Assembly (NCBI GenBank): GCA_002633005.1
Contig: NMRA01000038.1
Coordinates: forward strand, 453,634-517,633
Origin: Phoronis australis
Taxonomy: Eukaryota; Animalia; Phoronida
Length of the DNA stretch: 64,000 nt
Direction of reading: 5' to 3'
The notes beneath the pieces were generated by a model, which worked only from the letters and a program-made list of their open reading frames with translations, was not told the origin of the DNA and did no database searches. Both the position numbers and the translations under genes were made by a program. Positions within the stretch are counted from its first letter, which is position 1; each line of letters starts with the position of its first letter. Below are positions 1 to 10,934 of this stretch, piece by piece.

Positions 1-434
1 CAGGTGAACATGTTCAACGTCTGCGAAGTATAGTGAAATAATGAGCATAATTCGCAATAATCGGTCTCACCTGAGGCGCCATATTATGTAGCAAACTTTC
101 TATGCAAGCGTTCGGAGTTTGACCACACTCTACATTTTCGAAACTATTTGTTAATTAGAGTGCGCAGAGTACGCACTTGGTGGCGATAAAGTTCTTTTCA
201 AAGTGTTAGGCGATCCCAGTATGTGGCTTAGTACGTGTGGTGACTCAGATCATAAGGTAAGATTAACCGCCCAGGGCGGTTGCCGGTCGTAATAAGCGCC
301 CATGTTCAGTTAACCGCCCCCCCGATTTCTTGAAATTTCACGTTTAAGCGCCCATGTCTGGTTAACCGCCCACCCCCGATTTTTTGGGTTCGCCAATTTA
401 ACCGCCCAGGGCGTTAACCCGAACGATTACGGTA
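1..434. mobile_element. Right part of a MITE-like non-autonomous DNA transposon (ends ...TTACGGTA)
   Basis: Repeated subterminal TTAACCGCCC/TAAGCGCCC motifs at about 264-410. The terminus CCCAGGGCGTTAACCC...CGGTA is shared with the element at 1893-2048. The left end is not identified and may lie outside the window. Confidence 0.6.
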
Positions 435-639
435 TCTTCTTGGTCAGGACCACAAACATTTCCATTAAGCTGTGTTCACTTACACAGTTGTATAACAAAG
501 AGCAGGGTTCACAAAAAATACTTTCACTGACCTTGAATGGCAATTTCAAAAGGCCTATTGTGTGTGAATGACACACCTGATTTAAAATTGTCAGCAAAAT
601 TCTAAGCCATTATACTGACTTAAGTTTCCACCTCCAAGA

Positions 640-701
640 TCACACACGCACACACATGCACATACACGCACGCACACACACACACACACGCACACACACA
701 C
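640..701. repeat. (CA)n/(CACG)n microsatellite
   Basis: Directly visible dinucleotide run. Confidence 0.9.
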
Positions 702-847
702 AATTCATATGAAAATATGATACACGCTTAAAAAATGCAAATTTATCAGTAAGGTTGAAAGTAGACTAAATGTACTAAAATATGAACTACTAAGTTTACG
801 AACAGCAAAAATGTTAAAAAAACGATACACGTAAGAACTAAACTCAC

Positions 848-3800
848 CACATCAACAGCCACCTTTTCTGTCTTGTTCACAACAGAGGCATCAATTATGG
901 ACAGTGTAACTATGTTCAATGCCTATAAGATAAATTACAGTCATTTTGTAAACTTTTGATCTTCTAAATCAAAGTGTCTGACTAAAATGTGGCCTATTCA
1001 AACTTAGGATAAAAAGTAACAAGAAATCAATTTTTCAATATATCGAAAATATATTTATTTTAGGACGTATAAGCTTGGAAGTAGTTTGCGTCAAACAAAA
1101 GTATTAACCCGGTATGCAAAATATTGTTAATCAAATACAATAATAACATAAATAATAACATAAATAATAATAATAATAATAATAATAATGTATCAATCAA
1201 TGTTGAAATTAAGAAAATTTAATGGCCAGTTAGCTCTTACATCTTGATAAACCAGAAACTAGCGAAAAACAAGCCTCTTGAGTCAGTTTTTGTCCCATTT
1301 TTGAGATGCAGTGCATTTATATCAGCCACAGCTCGCATGCAAAAGTCAAATAAAACACATTCTTTAAACTCTTGTAGTGAAAAGCATGCTTTTGGGATTA
1401 ATGCCCAAGAATTCTCGGCATTTAAACGTAGTTTGGGAAAAGATATGGGTGGAGGTGTAATATAAAAAAATGAAGAGGACACGAATTTAATTTTTCAACA
1501 TCCAGAGTTTATGTCAGTATTTTCACAGACGAAACCCTGAATATTGAAAAAATAAATCTGGCAGGTCAGACGTCCACCGACTCAGAGGATGACTCCAAAC
1601 ATTAAATAAACAAAATGAAAAATACAAACCTGTAAAATTATAGTGAATACCAAAAAATATTTGACAACAAATTCAGGGAGACTGAAACGTGAAAGCCATG
1701 TCTTTTTCTCCTCAACCTTCACACTTGGCCACTCCCTCACAGATTCATTAAGAATGCGTAGCGTGTCTTCTAGGTTCTTCACAATATATTGTACATGCTG
1801 TCTATGTATAGTGCATCTTGAATCACTACAAGTAATCCCATCAAAGGTAGAATCTCAACAATTTCCAACAAAAATATTCACCAAAATTAATCTACTGTAA
1901 ATTCCCAGGTTATTTGTCCGGGTAATTGTCCATCCCCGATTTTTGGTCAATTTTCGGTTTAGGCACCCACTGCTTGGGTAATCGCCCACCCCTGTCTCAG
2001 GGTTTCCCAATTTAAGCACCCAGGGCGTTAACCCACGAGTTTGCGGTATTTTTTCATTTTTCAAAAGCTTCTAACACGGATGTGAATGTCCCAGGGAGAA
2101 ACTTCAGTGTCCAAAATTTCTCAACCATCTGCATGGTAGTAGCTATGCTACAGAACTTAATACTGGTGAAGCATTTAATATTTGGTGTTACTAAACTCTT
2201 AGAAAAAAAATGAAGAAATGAAACGCCATTTATCCAACAGTGTCGTAATTCAGTGATATTTTATAGTAATTACAACCAAACACAGGCACCTAATAAAAGA
2301 ATTAACTTAAGGCTGTATTTCCCCATTTCACTGGATCAAAAATGATAATAGAATTTGGCCTTTTCCTCAGGATTAATTCACATTACCAACTCAAGCCACA
2401 GGTAATCGGCATCCATGTGCCATTTTCGATTTTGCAGTCATTTAGGATTGGCCCACCCCAATAAATTCTGAAGCATTTCACTGATGATTTCAATATTGAT
2501 AAAATATAAATATTGATAGAATCCCTGCATGGAAAGTCTTTTGAGACTGGTATTCTGTTACAGGGTGCCTCAGCCAAACAGTTGACAATTTTGTTCTACA
2601 GGGCCGACTACAGTTGACAATTTTGTTCCTTTGTCCATGACATGGTAGGGAAGTTTTAACCACATGCAGCTGATCAACATGAAAATGACACATTGCATGT
2701 TCAGTACTGTCAAAGTATCTTTACATCACACTGATTGTTTAAGGTGATAAGAGTTAGCTGCATTAAGATTTCAACTCCATTCCTTTATCTAAGTACTGGT
2801 AGGTGTAAACTTCAAAGCACTTCAAGGTGTGAGATAAGCAAACAAAGGCAATATGGGTACACTAACACCTAGCAGGGTATTGAGTTTGTGTATCATGCTG
2901 TGGCTGGCCCATCACCTAACTAATTATAACCTGGATGATTTCATAGACAAGGAAAAACTTTTTACTTTTAAATACGGGCTCACTTTCAAACATAAATTTC
3001 AATTCATGAAGAAAAATCATGCAAAACCATACCTTAGACTTGTGACTTTTTTGATTTTTGATATTTTTAATGTGATCATCTAAGTATGGAAAAGTTATGT
3101 CAGAGCGCGTAATGTCTTCAAAACAATAGTTTATGGCTTTCCAAATGTGTAACGTACATACCATAGACAATAAAGTGTGCATATCTTGCCCACAAAATTA
3201 CCAGCATTATGCACAGAGTACATTCATGTCATGTAAGGCCTTACGTGAGTTATAGTAATGTGTCAGTGTTAACTACGAGGTTAACTTGAGCTTTCCTATT
3301 AGTTTCGTCACTTAGCAAATATCGAAGTTACAGCCTACTGAAATTAAGTTTCAGGTATGTTTGATTTTTAAATGTGCTGTTGTCGACAGTCAAAATCTTC
3401 GGTATTAACGCATCGATGTCTCACAGTTCAATCCATCTTTTTTTGCGAATTTAACTTGTGTCCAAGAGGGGTTTAAATCCTCCCTAGTATAAGACACTAC
3501 CCTAAATTACACTGTCAGACACTGATAGTACCCTAATTTACACTGCCACCATCACTGTTGGTAGGAAGGGGCTACTTATCTCTGAAATCTTTCTTAAGTT
3601 CAGATAAACCTTATCATAACAAGATACCACAAACATATATAACTGCACTGTTCTAAGTGAGCAATTTGACATGGTATAAACAAGACTAATAATTCTTACT
3701 TATAAGATAAAACAATAATTAAACCCTGCATGATATATGAATTCCAGAAATGTCTGTAAAAGTCAATGTTCCTCATCTCCTTGAAGATAAAAATCCTGGC

Positions 3801-6800
3801 TCTGTTCAGTTTAGTTTTACCCTCTGTCTTTCTTATTTTCAAATCATTCCGAAATTTTTAGTTAAAGCACTCAACTGACATTTGTAATCGCTCAAAATGA
3901 TCGTAAGTGACCAAGAGAATAGGTATGTATTGGTTATTTTGCTCATCTTCCATGTGTACTTACAATGTATTGATATACGTCACTAAAATAAAAAATGTAT
4001 GTTTTTATGTCCATCAAAAATCACCTTCTATATCTTTGTATCCTTAAAAATGTGCCCCAAAATCAATACAAAACATTTTGAAAAAATCAACTTCAATACT
4101 AGGATGCAAGAACAAAAAATTAGTCAACTTGATGTACAAGACAAGAAAAATTGTGTGGCTGTTTGCCAGGCCACACAAACCTTGTCATAAAATTTAATGA
4201 TGACAAATGCCTTGACAGTTTATTTGTTATAGTTGGTCACTTTTTGACTATGAAATGACATAAACAAGTGATATTAGTTGCATACTCCAAATGAGTCTAA
4301 AATTGGCCAAAACTGACTTTGTATATTTTACATACATGCAGCAAACCAAAATAAAACAATCATACATGATAGTTTCTTCTCTGACTTTCATTTCTTAAAT
4401 AGTCGTCTTCTGTTGAGGTTGATGAAACTCATCTCAGCTGGCCTGCCCGGCATTGTTCAGTATCTTCAAGACGTTTCATTTGCCAAAAGTTTTGAAAAAT
4501 GATAATTGAAACTTTTTTCAATGATACCTATGGTGCGTATGCCTATTTTTAAATAAGGTAGCCATGCCCTGGGTGCTAATTGTTATATACTCCCAAATAA
4601 TATGACTTAATTTTTGGGCAACTGTATTTGTATTACATTACTGAAATTGTTTATAATTAATTTATTTATATAAATAAATAAGTTAAGCATCTCTGAGAAG
4701 ATATGGCTTGCCAAATTTTAGGTTCCTTGTGGAAACCAGAAACCCAGGTAGAATGAAATAGTATGCAATACGAAAATTAGTTGCCATAGCAACTTGCTGA
4801 AACAGATAGGTTTCCCACTTTAAAAAGGACACTAAACCTAGAAGATCAAAGCAAACAAAATCCAGGTAGTCATCATTGCCTACTTGAATGACAGTACCAA
4901 GGTCAACAGGTCTTACAAAAAATAGTGCAGGTGGTCTGAGACATGCACAGGCTAGCACCAAATACCTGAATCCCTCAGTTTCAGATTATTACACTTACTG
5001 TGCGCAAGTTATGATTAGAATTACTAGTGTCCTAGCAGACTGGTATTGCATAATCCCACTAACATTATCAAAAACCAAGTGTTAAATAAACTTTGATGGG
5101 CTTCATTTGACCTTTCTTATGAGATAAGGAGCTTCCAGAGCCAGTCAACTTTCACACAAATTAGAGAGACAGTATTAATGTACCTACTGTACTTAATAAG
5201 CATTCTCTCTGAAATCTCAAACTGTTTAGTAATTAATCTGAGATCAATAGGTATTTAGGATGTACACGATTAAAAATACATTGCTATCATAATTTTCCCC
5301 TATTATGCAATATGACACTACCAAGTAAATTATCGTGGAAATTAAAATACACTAAAACCTGAACTATCCAAATAAAGCTGTGTTGTTAGAAGCAATTCAG
5401 GCCTGATAATACTGTGACCTTAGCCTTAGAAGCCCACAGGTCTTGAGACTCAAGGAATTTTGCCTTTTGGCGATAATGTTAGCAACAGGTAATAAAACTT
5501 AAAACACAACATTAAGGCTGCCTGGTCACACAAAGTCTGCATAACATCAGATGATTTACGCACAATGTCACACCCTCCAGTTACCTTTCTCACTGATAAA
5601 GTTTTCTTGAAAATCTGAAACTTCATAGTGATGAAAGCATTTAAAATAATTTCAAATTAAGTAAAATGTGCAAAATTGAATAGAAATTCTCTCAAAAAGA
5701 GTAACATTCACCTCTATAAGTTAATTATTATTTAGATTTTGTAAACAGCTTTTCAAAGGATTTAATGGCACTTCAGCACAATGGGTGCAAATGCATATTT
5801 AGAATTATAACACTGTGATTGACTCATAAACAGATTTCTTTTTGTGCTAGATGCAACTGAAACATTATGGGCAGGCGCTGAAATTTTCAGGGGCTGTCAC
5901 AATTCTTATCAAGTCAATGCTATAGTCATGAGCTTCAGTCAATCAGGCAAAAGTAATCAAATGATGATATCTATTCCACAGCTCTAGATGTTTTCAACAC
6001 TGAGATTTTGGTGACTTTCAAGCAACATAAATATTGAGATCAGCCTGAGCCATATTTGCCTATATAACCACAAGATTCAAACAATGGGACAGCACAGACA
6101 TTTCCAACTTATCTATAACACCACATGATTAAGATTTTACATCAGGATGTAGCAAGTCATGTACAGGTATATGTTTCATAAAATATGGTATCTACCCTTC
6201 CACATAGCTAGCCGCCTAGCGGTGAAGACCATTAAACCGTCAAAACACAGCCAGGTATAGTAACTGTGTGTTGAGCACTGACAGACCTCGAAATAGCACA
6301 CAACAACAGGCTTGCCATGAAACTTGTATGAACACGTATAGCTAAAGACCGGCAGGGGTGCATGCAAAATCTGGAACTCAACCAACACTCACCTTGCCCG
6401 TTACAGCCGTTTAAGACAAAAACAATCTAATAAATGTCATTTTCTTGCGTAATTCTCCGCCTTTCGTTACGAAGAAAAGTATATTGTCATTTTGAAAACA
6501 GTATGCTCATGACACATGCACGAGCCATTTCCTCAAAATTTTGCGACACCTCTCAGGTGATGATGACAGCTTCGCAACAGCAAAATTTGTTCTGAAATTC
6601 GGTTTGCTGGTATTAGTATTATGAAAACTTATATTGATGAAACCAGTTCCAATAATTTGTTGTGACGTGTACGCAACCTCGAGAAAGACTAACAGTTGAT
6701 TGAAGAATAGGCGATAAAAAACTGGCCAATAGGTGACACAATATTTCTTGGTGCCGAAAGCCGAAGCAAAATATCGCACCACAATTTTAGCAGCAGAATA

Positions 6801-8790
6801 ACGGTAAAAAGCTAGTGTACTCAAGGAAAAGTGTATTTTCTAATGACACTAATTTTGTGTCAGATTTTATCTGGTCGCTTTTTATCCACATCGGCACAAA
6901 GCTGTACATTTAGTATAGAGTTTTGCACCATGGCTGCCTTCCACACTCGCCTATACTGTAAAGACCAATTTTATTCCCTTGTTTAATATAAAGTTATTTT
7001 TGTCAATTGTTTATCATATACACACCGGTGACCTAAAGTCGTGAATATAAGCATAATAAGCACTTGATTGTCATACTACCCAATTTCCGTTAGCAATGTG
7101 ATGTCATGGACATATATCAGCCTTCACAAATATACGTGTTTTGACAATCTTAATCCTTGTTTGTAAGCAGAGTTTTAAAACAGTTGCTGATATCGCCGGC
7201 CATTTTGAATGAGGCCCTAAAGTCGTGAACGTTTCGTTTAGACGGAAATGCACGAAGTATGATCACACAAGTCAACTACAGTGCTTACAGTTACTCTAGA
7301 TGACATAAAAATGCATTGCATTGTTTATTAATTCAGTTTCAATTGAAATAAATTGTTATATGTTTTGCACCCAACTTTGATGTGCACAGACGTTTTCAAT
7401 GAGGTTGTTCACGTAAAACGCTAAGAACCCAGCATAAATTATCGCTCAGTATTTTATTGCTTTGGCCTTACAAAACTTGATCGACCCTGGGACATTTTGA
7501 TACATTGTTCAAGCTACCCCTGGAGCGCGTGTTTGAGTAAATCTGAACGATGAATATTTTCGAAAATATCTTATCCCAAAAGTGCACAAAAAAGGGAATT
7601 AGTGAAATATGCTGTTTTTAAGATACATTTGAAAAAAGAAGCCACTCACTCACTGTTTGTTATCATATTGTGAATACGAACACGTCCGGGTATTCGTTTG
7701 ACGTTCGTAAGCAGACAAACGCTGGAAACTTCAACGCCAGATGTCGCGGGAACGCGCAGAAGAGGAAATAAGATCGTTCACGACTTTAGTGCACTCACAA
7801 CTTTAGGACCTCTGATGGTATTTTATTTCTTGTTTAATAAAAGCCGGTTATAAATTCTTAAAAGTAATTTCTATGTTTAAATTGTGTAAATGTTCATCAC
7901 CAAAGGCTAAAGTTCAAAAGTGTAACAAATAATACAAACACTATATTTATTCCACGATAGTAAATATGCTTTTGATACACCTTGAAATGTTAAACGGCTA
8001 ATACTTCAACTTTCGACAGGGAACGTACACGGTTATTATTTGCTTTAGTCTAGGTCCTAGTTTAAAATAAAACTAATCTTTTCTGCAAACCTTCTTTAAC
8101 TGCACTTGAGTTACTTAAAATCCCAGTGACAACATTACTCATTACTCCTAATGAAAATTTTAAAATAGTTACCAGTTTCAAACTACCAATAAACTAAAGT
8201 ATTTAGCAAATCCACGGAATCCTGCTAGCCCCATGATTTGTTCATTCATTAGAATGTAGTCCTAATGCATTCTGCTGTAAATTGTTTCCTTGGGAAACTT
8301 GACACCCCAAACGTTTACTGTGTGCACACCATGATACACACAGTTGCGTAACTCAAGGTCACTCTTTTGACCTCAGTTCGGGCCGGCGGAAACCGTCGTG
8401 ACTTGGTAGAACGTTCCTGATCACAATCCCACAAGTCACAACGCAAGTCAAGTATTCAATTTATCATTGTTACGCCACCTCGTTCTTCCGAACACACGAT
8501 ACACTGATCGGTATCAAATGTTGTTTTATCGATGTAGGCCTACGGCAAGTCACGCGCCCATTCATGTGATTCGTAAAAATAGTCAATCCAGCCAGATAGT
8601 GCCGAATGAATCGCGGGCATTTACTGCGCCCGTTCAGTGATCGGGATGTCTAAGCATCTCAAACTTGCACAGAATTTGGTTACTTAAATAAGAAAGATTT
8701 TGACGCTCACCTTTTGGAATTTGCGATCAGTAACGAAGTTTCTTCGTCGATTGAATCGCCTGTGAAATCCCAGTAAAGATCGTCTGCCAT
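848..8790 (-). CDS. 5' part of a multi-exon gene for an uncharacterised membrane protein (continues beyond the left edge)
   Basis: Exons 8790-8711, 1825-1630 and 922-848 have canonical GT/AG sites and compatible phases (2, 0). Translation: MADDLYWDFTGDSIDEETSLLIANSKSDSRCTIHRQHVQYIVKNLEDTLRILNESVREWPSVKVEEKKTWLSRFSLPEFVVKYFLVFTIILQALNIVTLSIIDASVVNKTEKVAVDV. It contains a hydrophobic TM-like stretch. Family not recognised. Confidence 0.7.
1138..1189. repeat. (TAA)n microsatellite
   Basis: Directly visible trinucleotide run. Confidence 0.9.
1893..2048. mobile_element. Short MITE with imperfect TIRs and TA flanks (same family as 1-434)
   Basis: Left TACTGTAAATTCCCAGGTTA versus reverse complement of right end TACCGCAAACTCGTGGGTTA; shared internal motifs with 260-434. 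Confidence 0.6.
4780..4793. promoter_or_regulatory. Consensus RFX X-box (GTTGCCATAGCAAC)
   Basis: Exact match to GTNRCC-AT-RGYAAC in intron 1 of the minus-strand membrane-protein gene; function inferred only. Confidence 0.45.
7021..7818. mobile_element. Non-autonomous DNA transposon-like element with terminal and subterminal inverted repeats
   Basis: CCTAAAGTCGTGAA at about 7032 and 7216 is inverted relative to TTCACGACTTTAG at about 7777 and TCACAACTTTAGG at about 7795. No ORF. Confidence 0.55.
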
Positions 8791-9162
8791 TTCGTAAACA
8801 AGCCTCAGTTCTCGCATTATCTCGCGAGAAGTTGTGTGGCGCCCAAGTGTCAGCCATTTTCGACAATTTGTATTGCTAAAAGACTAGAGAAGTTAAGATC
8901 TTCTTGTTGCATTCGGTCTCTGCAACTTAATCTTCCACGTACGTGTTTTCGTCTCATCATAAGCTGTTTAAGATTGTTTGTAATGGAATACTGAGATGTA
9001 AACAAAGTTGGCGTGAGTGTGCCCAGAAATGAAGTGGTTGTGACTGTTCGATGAAAAACGAATTTTGCCAGTCAAGGTTGACTGTGGTTTTCTGTGGGAC
9101 ACCGGTTTTGCAAGTGCTGTTAAAAATGTAGTGAGAGTGATAGTAATTGTGACTCTCTTTAG
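8791..9162. promoter_or_regulatory. Probable bidirectional promoter between the membrane-protein gene and the zinc-finger gene
   Basis: CpG-enriched; divergent ATG at 8790 and a + strand exon-like segment 9163-9315 (ctttag|...|gtaagt); YY1-like GCCATTTT at about 8853. Confidence 0.5.
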
Positions 9163-9907
9163 GTCATTGCCGCAACCACTGACGATCACGGGTGCCTTCC
9201 CTGTCCCAAGGCCTGGTCACCGGTTTGGGGGAGAAGGTGGCACAGAACAGAACTTGTCCTGGAAGTCACTTGCAACTGGCACGGCACTGGTGGCACTGCC
9301 GTTGCCAGTGACAGTGTAAGTGACGACCGGCTTAGCACTATCTGCTAGCAGAACACATGACATCAATGGACTTGTGACCTTTTCTTCACTCTGTCGAAAA
9401 CAGTATGCTAAGAATGAAAAGTTTTGTGTCATTTTACATCTAAAGCCGTACAGATGAGCACAGGAACTTTATTCCAGTTACAATTTGTCCCTTTCAATCG
9501 TGGTGAAAATCAAGATAGGCTAATAAACAATGGGTAAAAAACAAAACTATCATTTTTCACCTCAAATCACTACTTACCTGTTGATGTGCAATATGAGCTA
9601 ACATTAGATTCTGAAAGTAAGTTTCTTACAGATCTTACTCTATTCCAAAAGTAGTTCAAACGGCAAAAGTACTGTCAACCAACTTTTTTTGCAATTCTGG
9701 CTTGTTGTAGGGCTTCCTGAAATTGCAGCCGATTTCTTAGTTGCTTCCCAGCAATGCACAAATCCAACAGGGGGCCTCCATCGTGAAGAAGAGTGCAGTG
9801 CTGAACTAGTGGTGTTTTCTCATTCATAAATATAAACTGACCAGATTGAGACTTCTATTATTAAAATCTCTTGGTCTATTTACACCGACCTCTAGTCTAT
9901 ATACACT

Positions 9908-9952
9908 GTCACGACGTTTCGATCGGTCTCTTCTCCGGCCATCGTCAGGTGT
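9908..9952 (-). ncRNA. Putative minimal type-I hammerhead ribozyme
   Basis: CAC-CUGACGA-U-GGCCGG-AGAAGAGA-CCGAUC-GAAAC-GUC-GUG: full core, stem II with 5 of 6 pairs, palindromic ACGU stem III, 3-bp stem I. Confidence 0.6.
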
Positions 9953-10063
9953 TCCCGCGTTCTTAGAAGAACGAGCATGGATACGTGGTACACTCATGGT
10001 GTGATTTTTCGTGCGACCATGAGTGTACCATGTATCCGTGCTCATTCTTCTAAGAACGCGGGA

Positions 10064-10108
10064 ACACCTGACGATGGCCGGAGAAGAGACCGAACGAAAC
10101 GTCGTGAC
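10064..10108 (+). ncRNA. Putative minimal type-I hammerhead ribozyme (second arm)
   Basis: CTGACGA at 10068-10074, GAAAC at 10096-10100, GTC at 10101-10103; stem II weaker (4 of 6 pairs). Confidence 0.5.
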
Positions 10109-10369
10109 AGTGTATATAGACTAGAGGTCGTTGTAAATAGATCAAGAGATTTTAATAACAGTTGTAATACGCCACCACTTCAGAGCGGTTTTAGGAAGTC
10201 AGATTGAGACTACATGCCATGCCTACCTCGACACTGGCCTACCACTACAATTTATTCTTTGGGACTGCATCTTGGCTCTTCAGTGTCACCTTGACAACTT
10301 TGACTTCCGTCAAAATGTCGCTGTGCAGTTTTTTCAGTTTTTCTTTTGAGTGCTGGGACAATAGTAGAC

Positions 10370-10510
10370 ATTGACCACTGTCTCTAGCTGGTCAGTAGAG
10401 ATGGTGAAGCTTCTATGGGAGCATAGTTTGCCGAAAAGCTTCCGGCATATGAAGTGCCTATAGGAGCTTCACCGTCAGTACTATTAGTTCAACTAGAGAG
10501 AGTGGCCACC
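10370..10510. repeat. Degenerate about 140-bp hairpin/MITE
   Basis: GGTGAAGCTTCTATGGG...GCCG pairs with CGGC...CCTATAGGAGCTTCACC; outer CCACT..CTCTAG pairs with CTAGAG..AGTGG. Confidence 0.6.
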
Positions 10511-10934
10511 GTTTAGGACTGTAGTAGTGTCTGTGTTAGAAATGTGCAGGCTTCACTGACTACCAGTTGAAAGTGGAATATTTACAATTTTATACAGCAG
10601 CAGCAACCGTTAATGTATACAATTTACCATTTGATGTTGAGCACTTATGATTTTACTTATGACTTTCATTCGAAAAGAAATCACTGACGGATTACTGCAT
10701 ATTAGTTTTGACACGAAACGTAGTGAAATGGTGTGAATGGACCACTTGATGATCACACACCATGTACTGTACTGATTGATGCCATGCGTTGAGGCTCCAT
10801 TACTAGCAATATCATAACTTTGAAGTTGTCCTACATCGTATTCATATTTGATGTTGTATACGATGATCAGAGTGTTTTGACAGATTAAGTCTGAGTTCAG
10901 TGGTTTTGCGTTTTTCAGAGGGGTGTGGCCCACC

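Larger units (their letters stand above)
9858..10158. mobile_element. 301-bp near-perfect palindrome, probable inverted Penelope-like element remnant
   Basis: Arms 9858-10000 and 10016-10158 (143 bp, about 6 mismatches), AT-rich ends, hammerhead motif in each arm. Confidence 0.75.

Noticed and set aside
9824-10207. Two near-identical ORFs on opposite strands (73 aa and 76 aa)
   Set aside because: They are by-products of the DNA palindrome; no splice or coding support.
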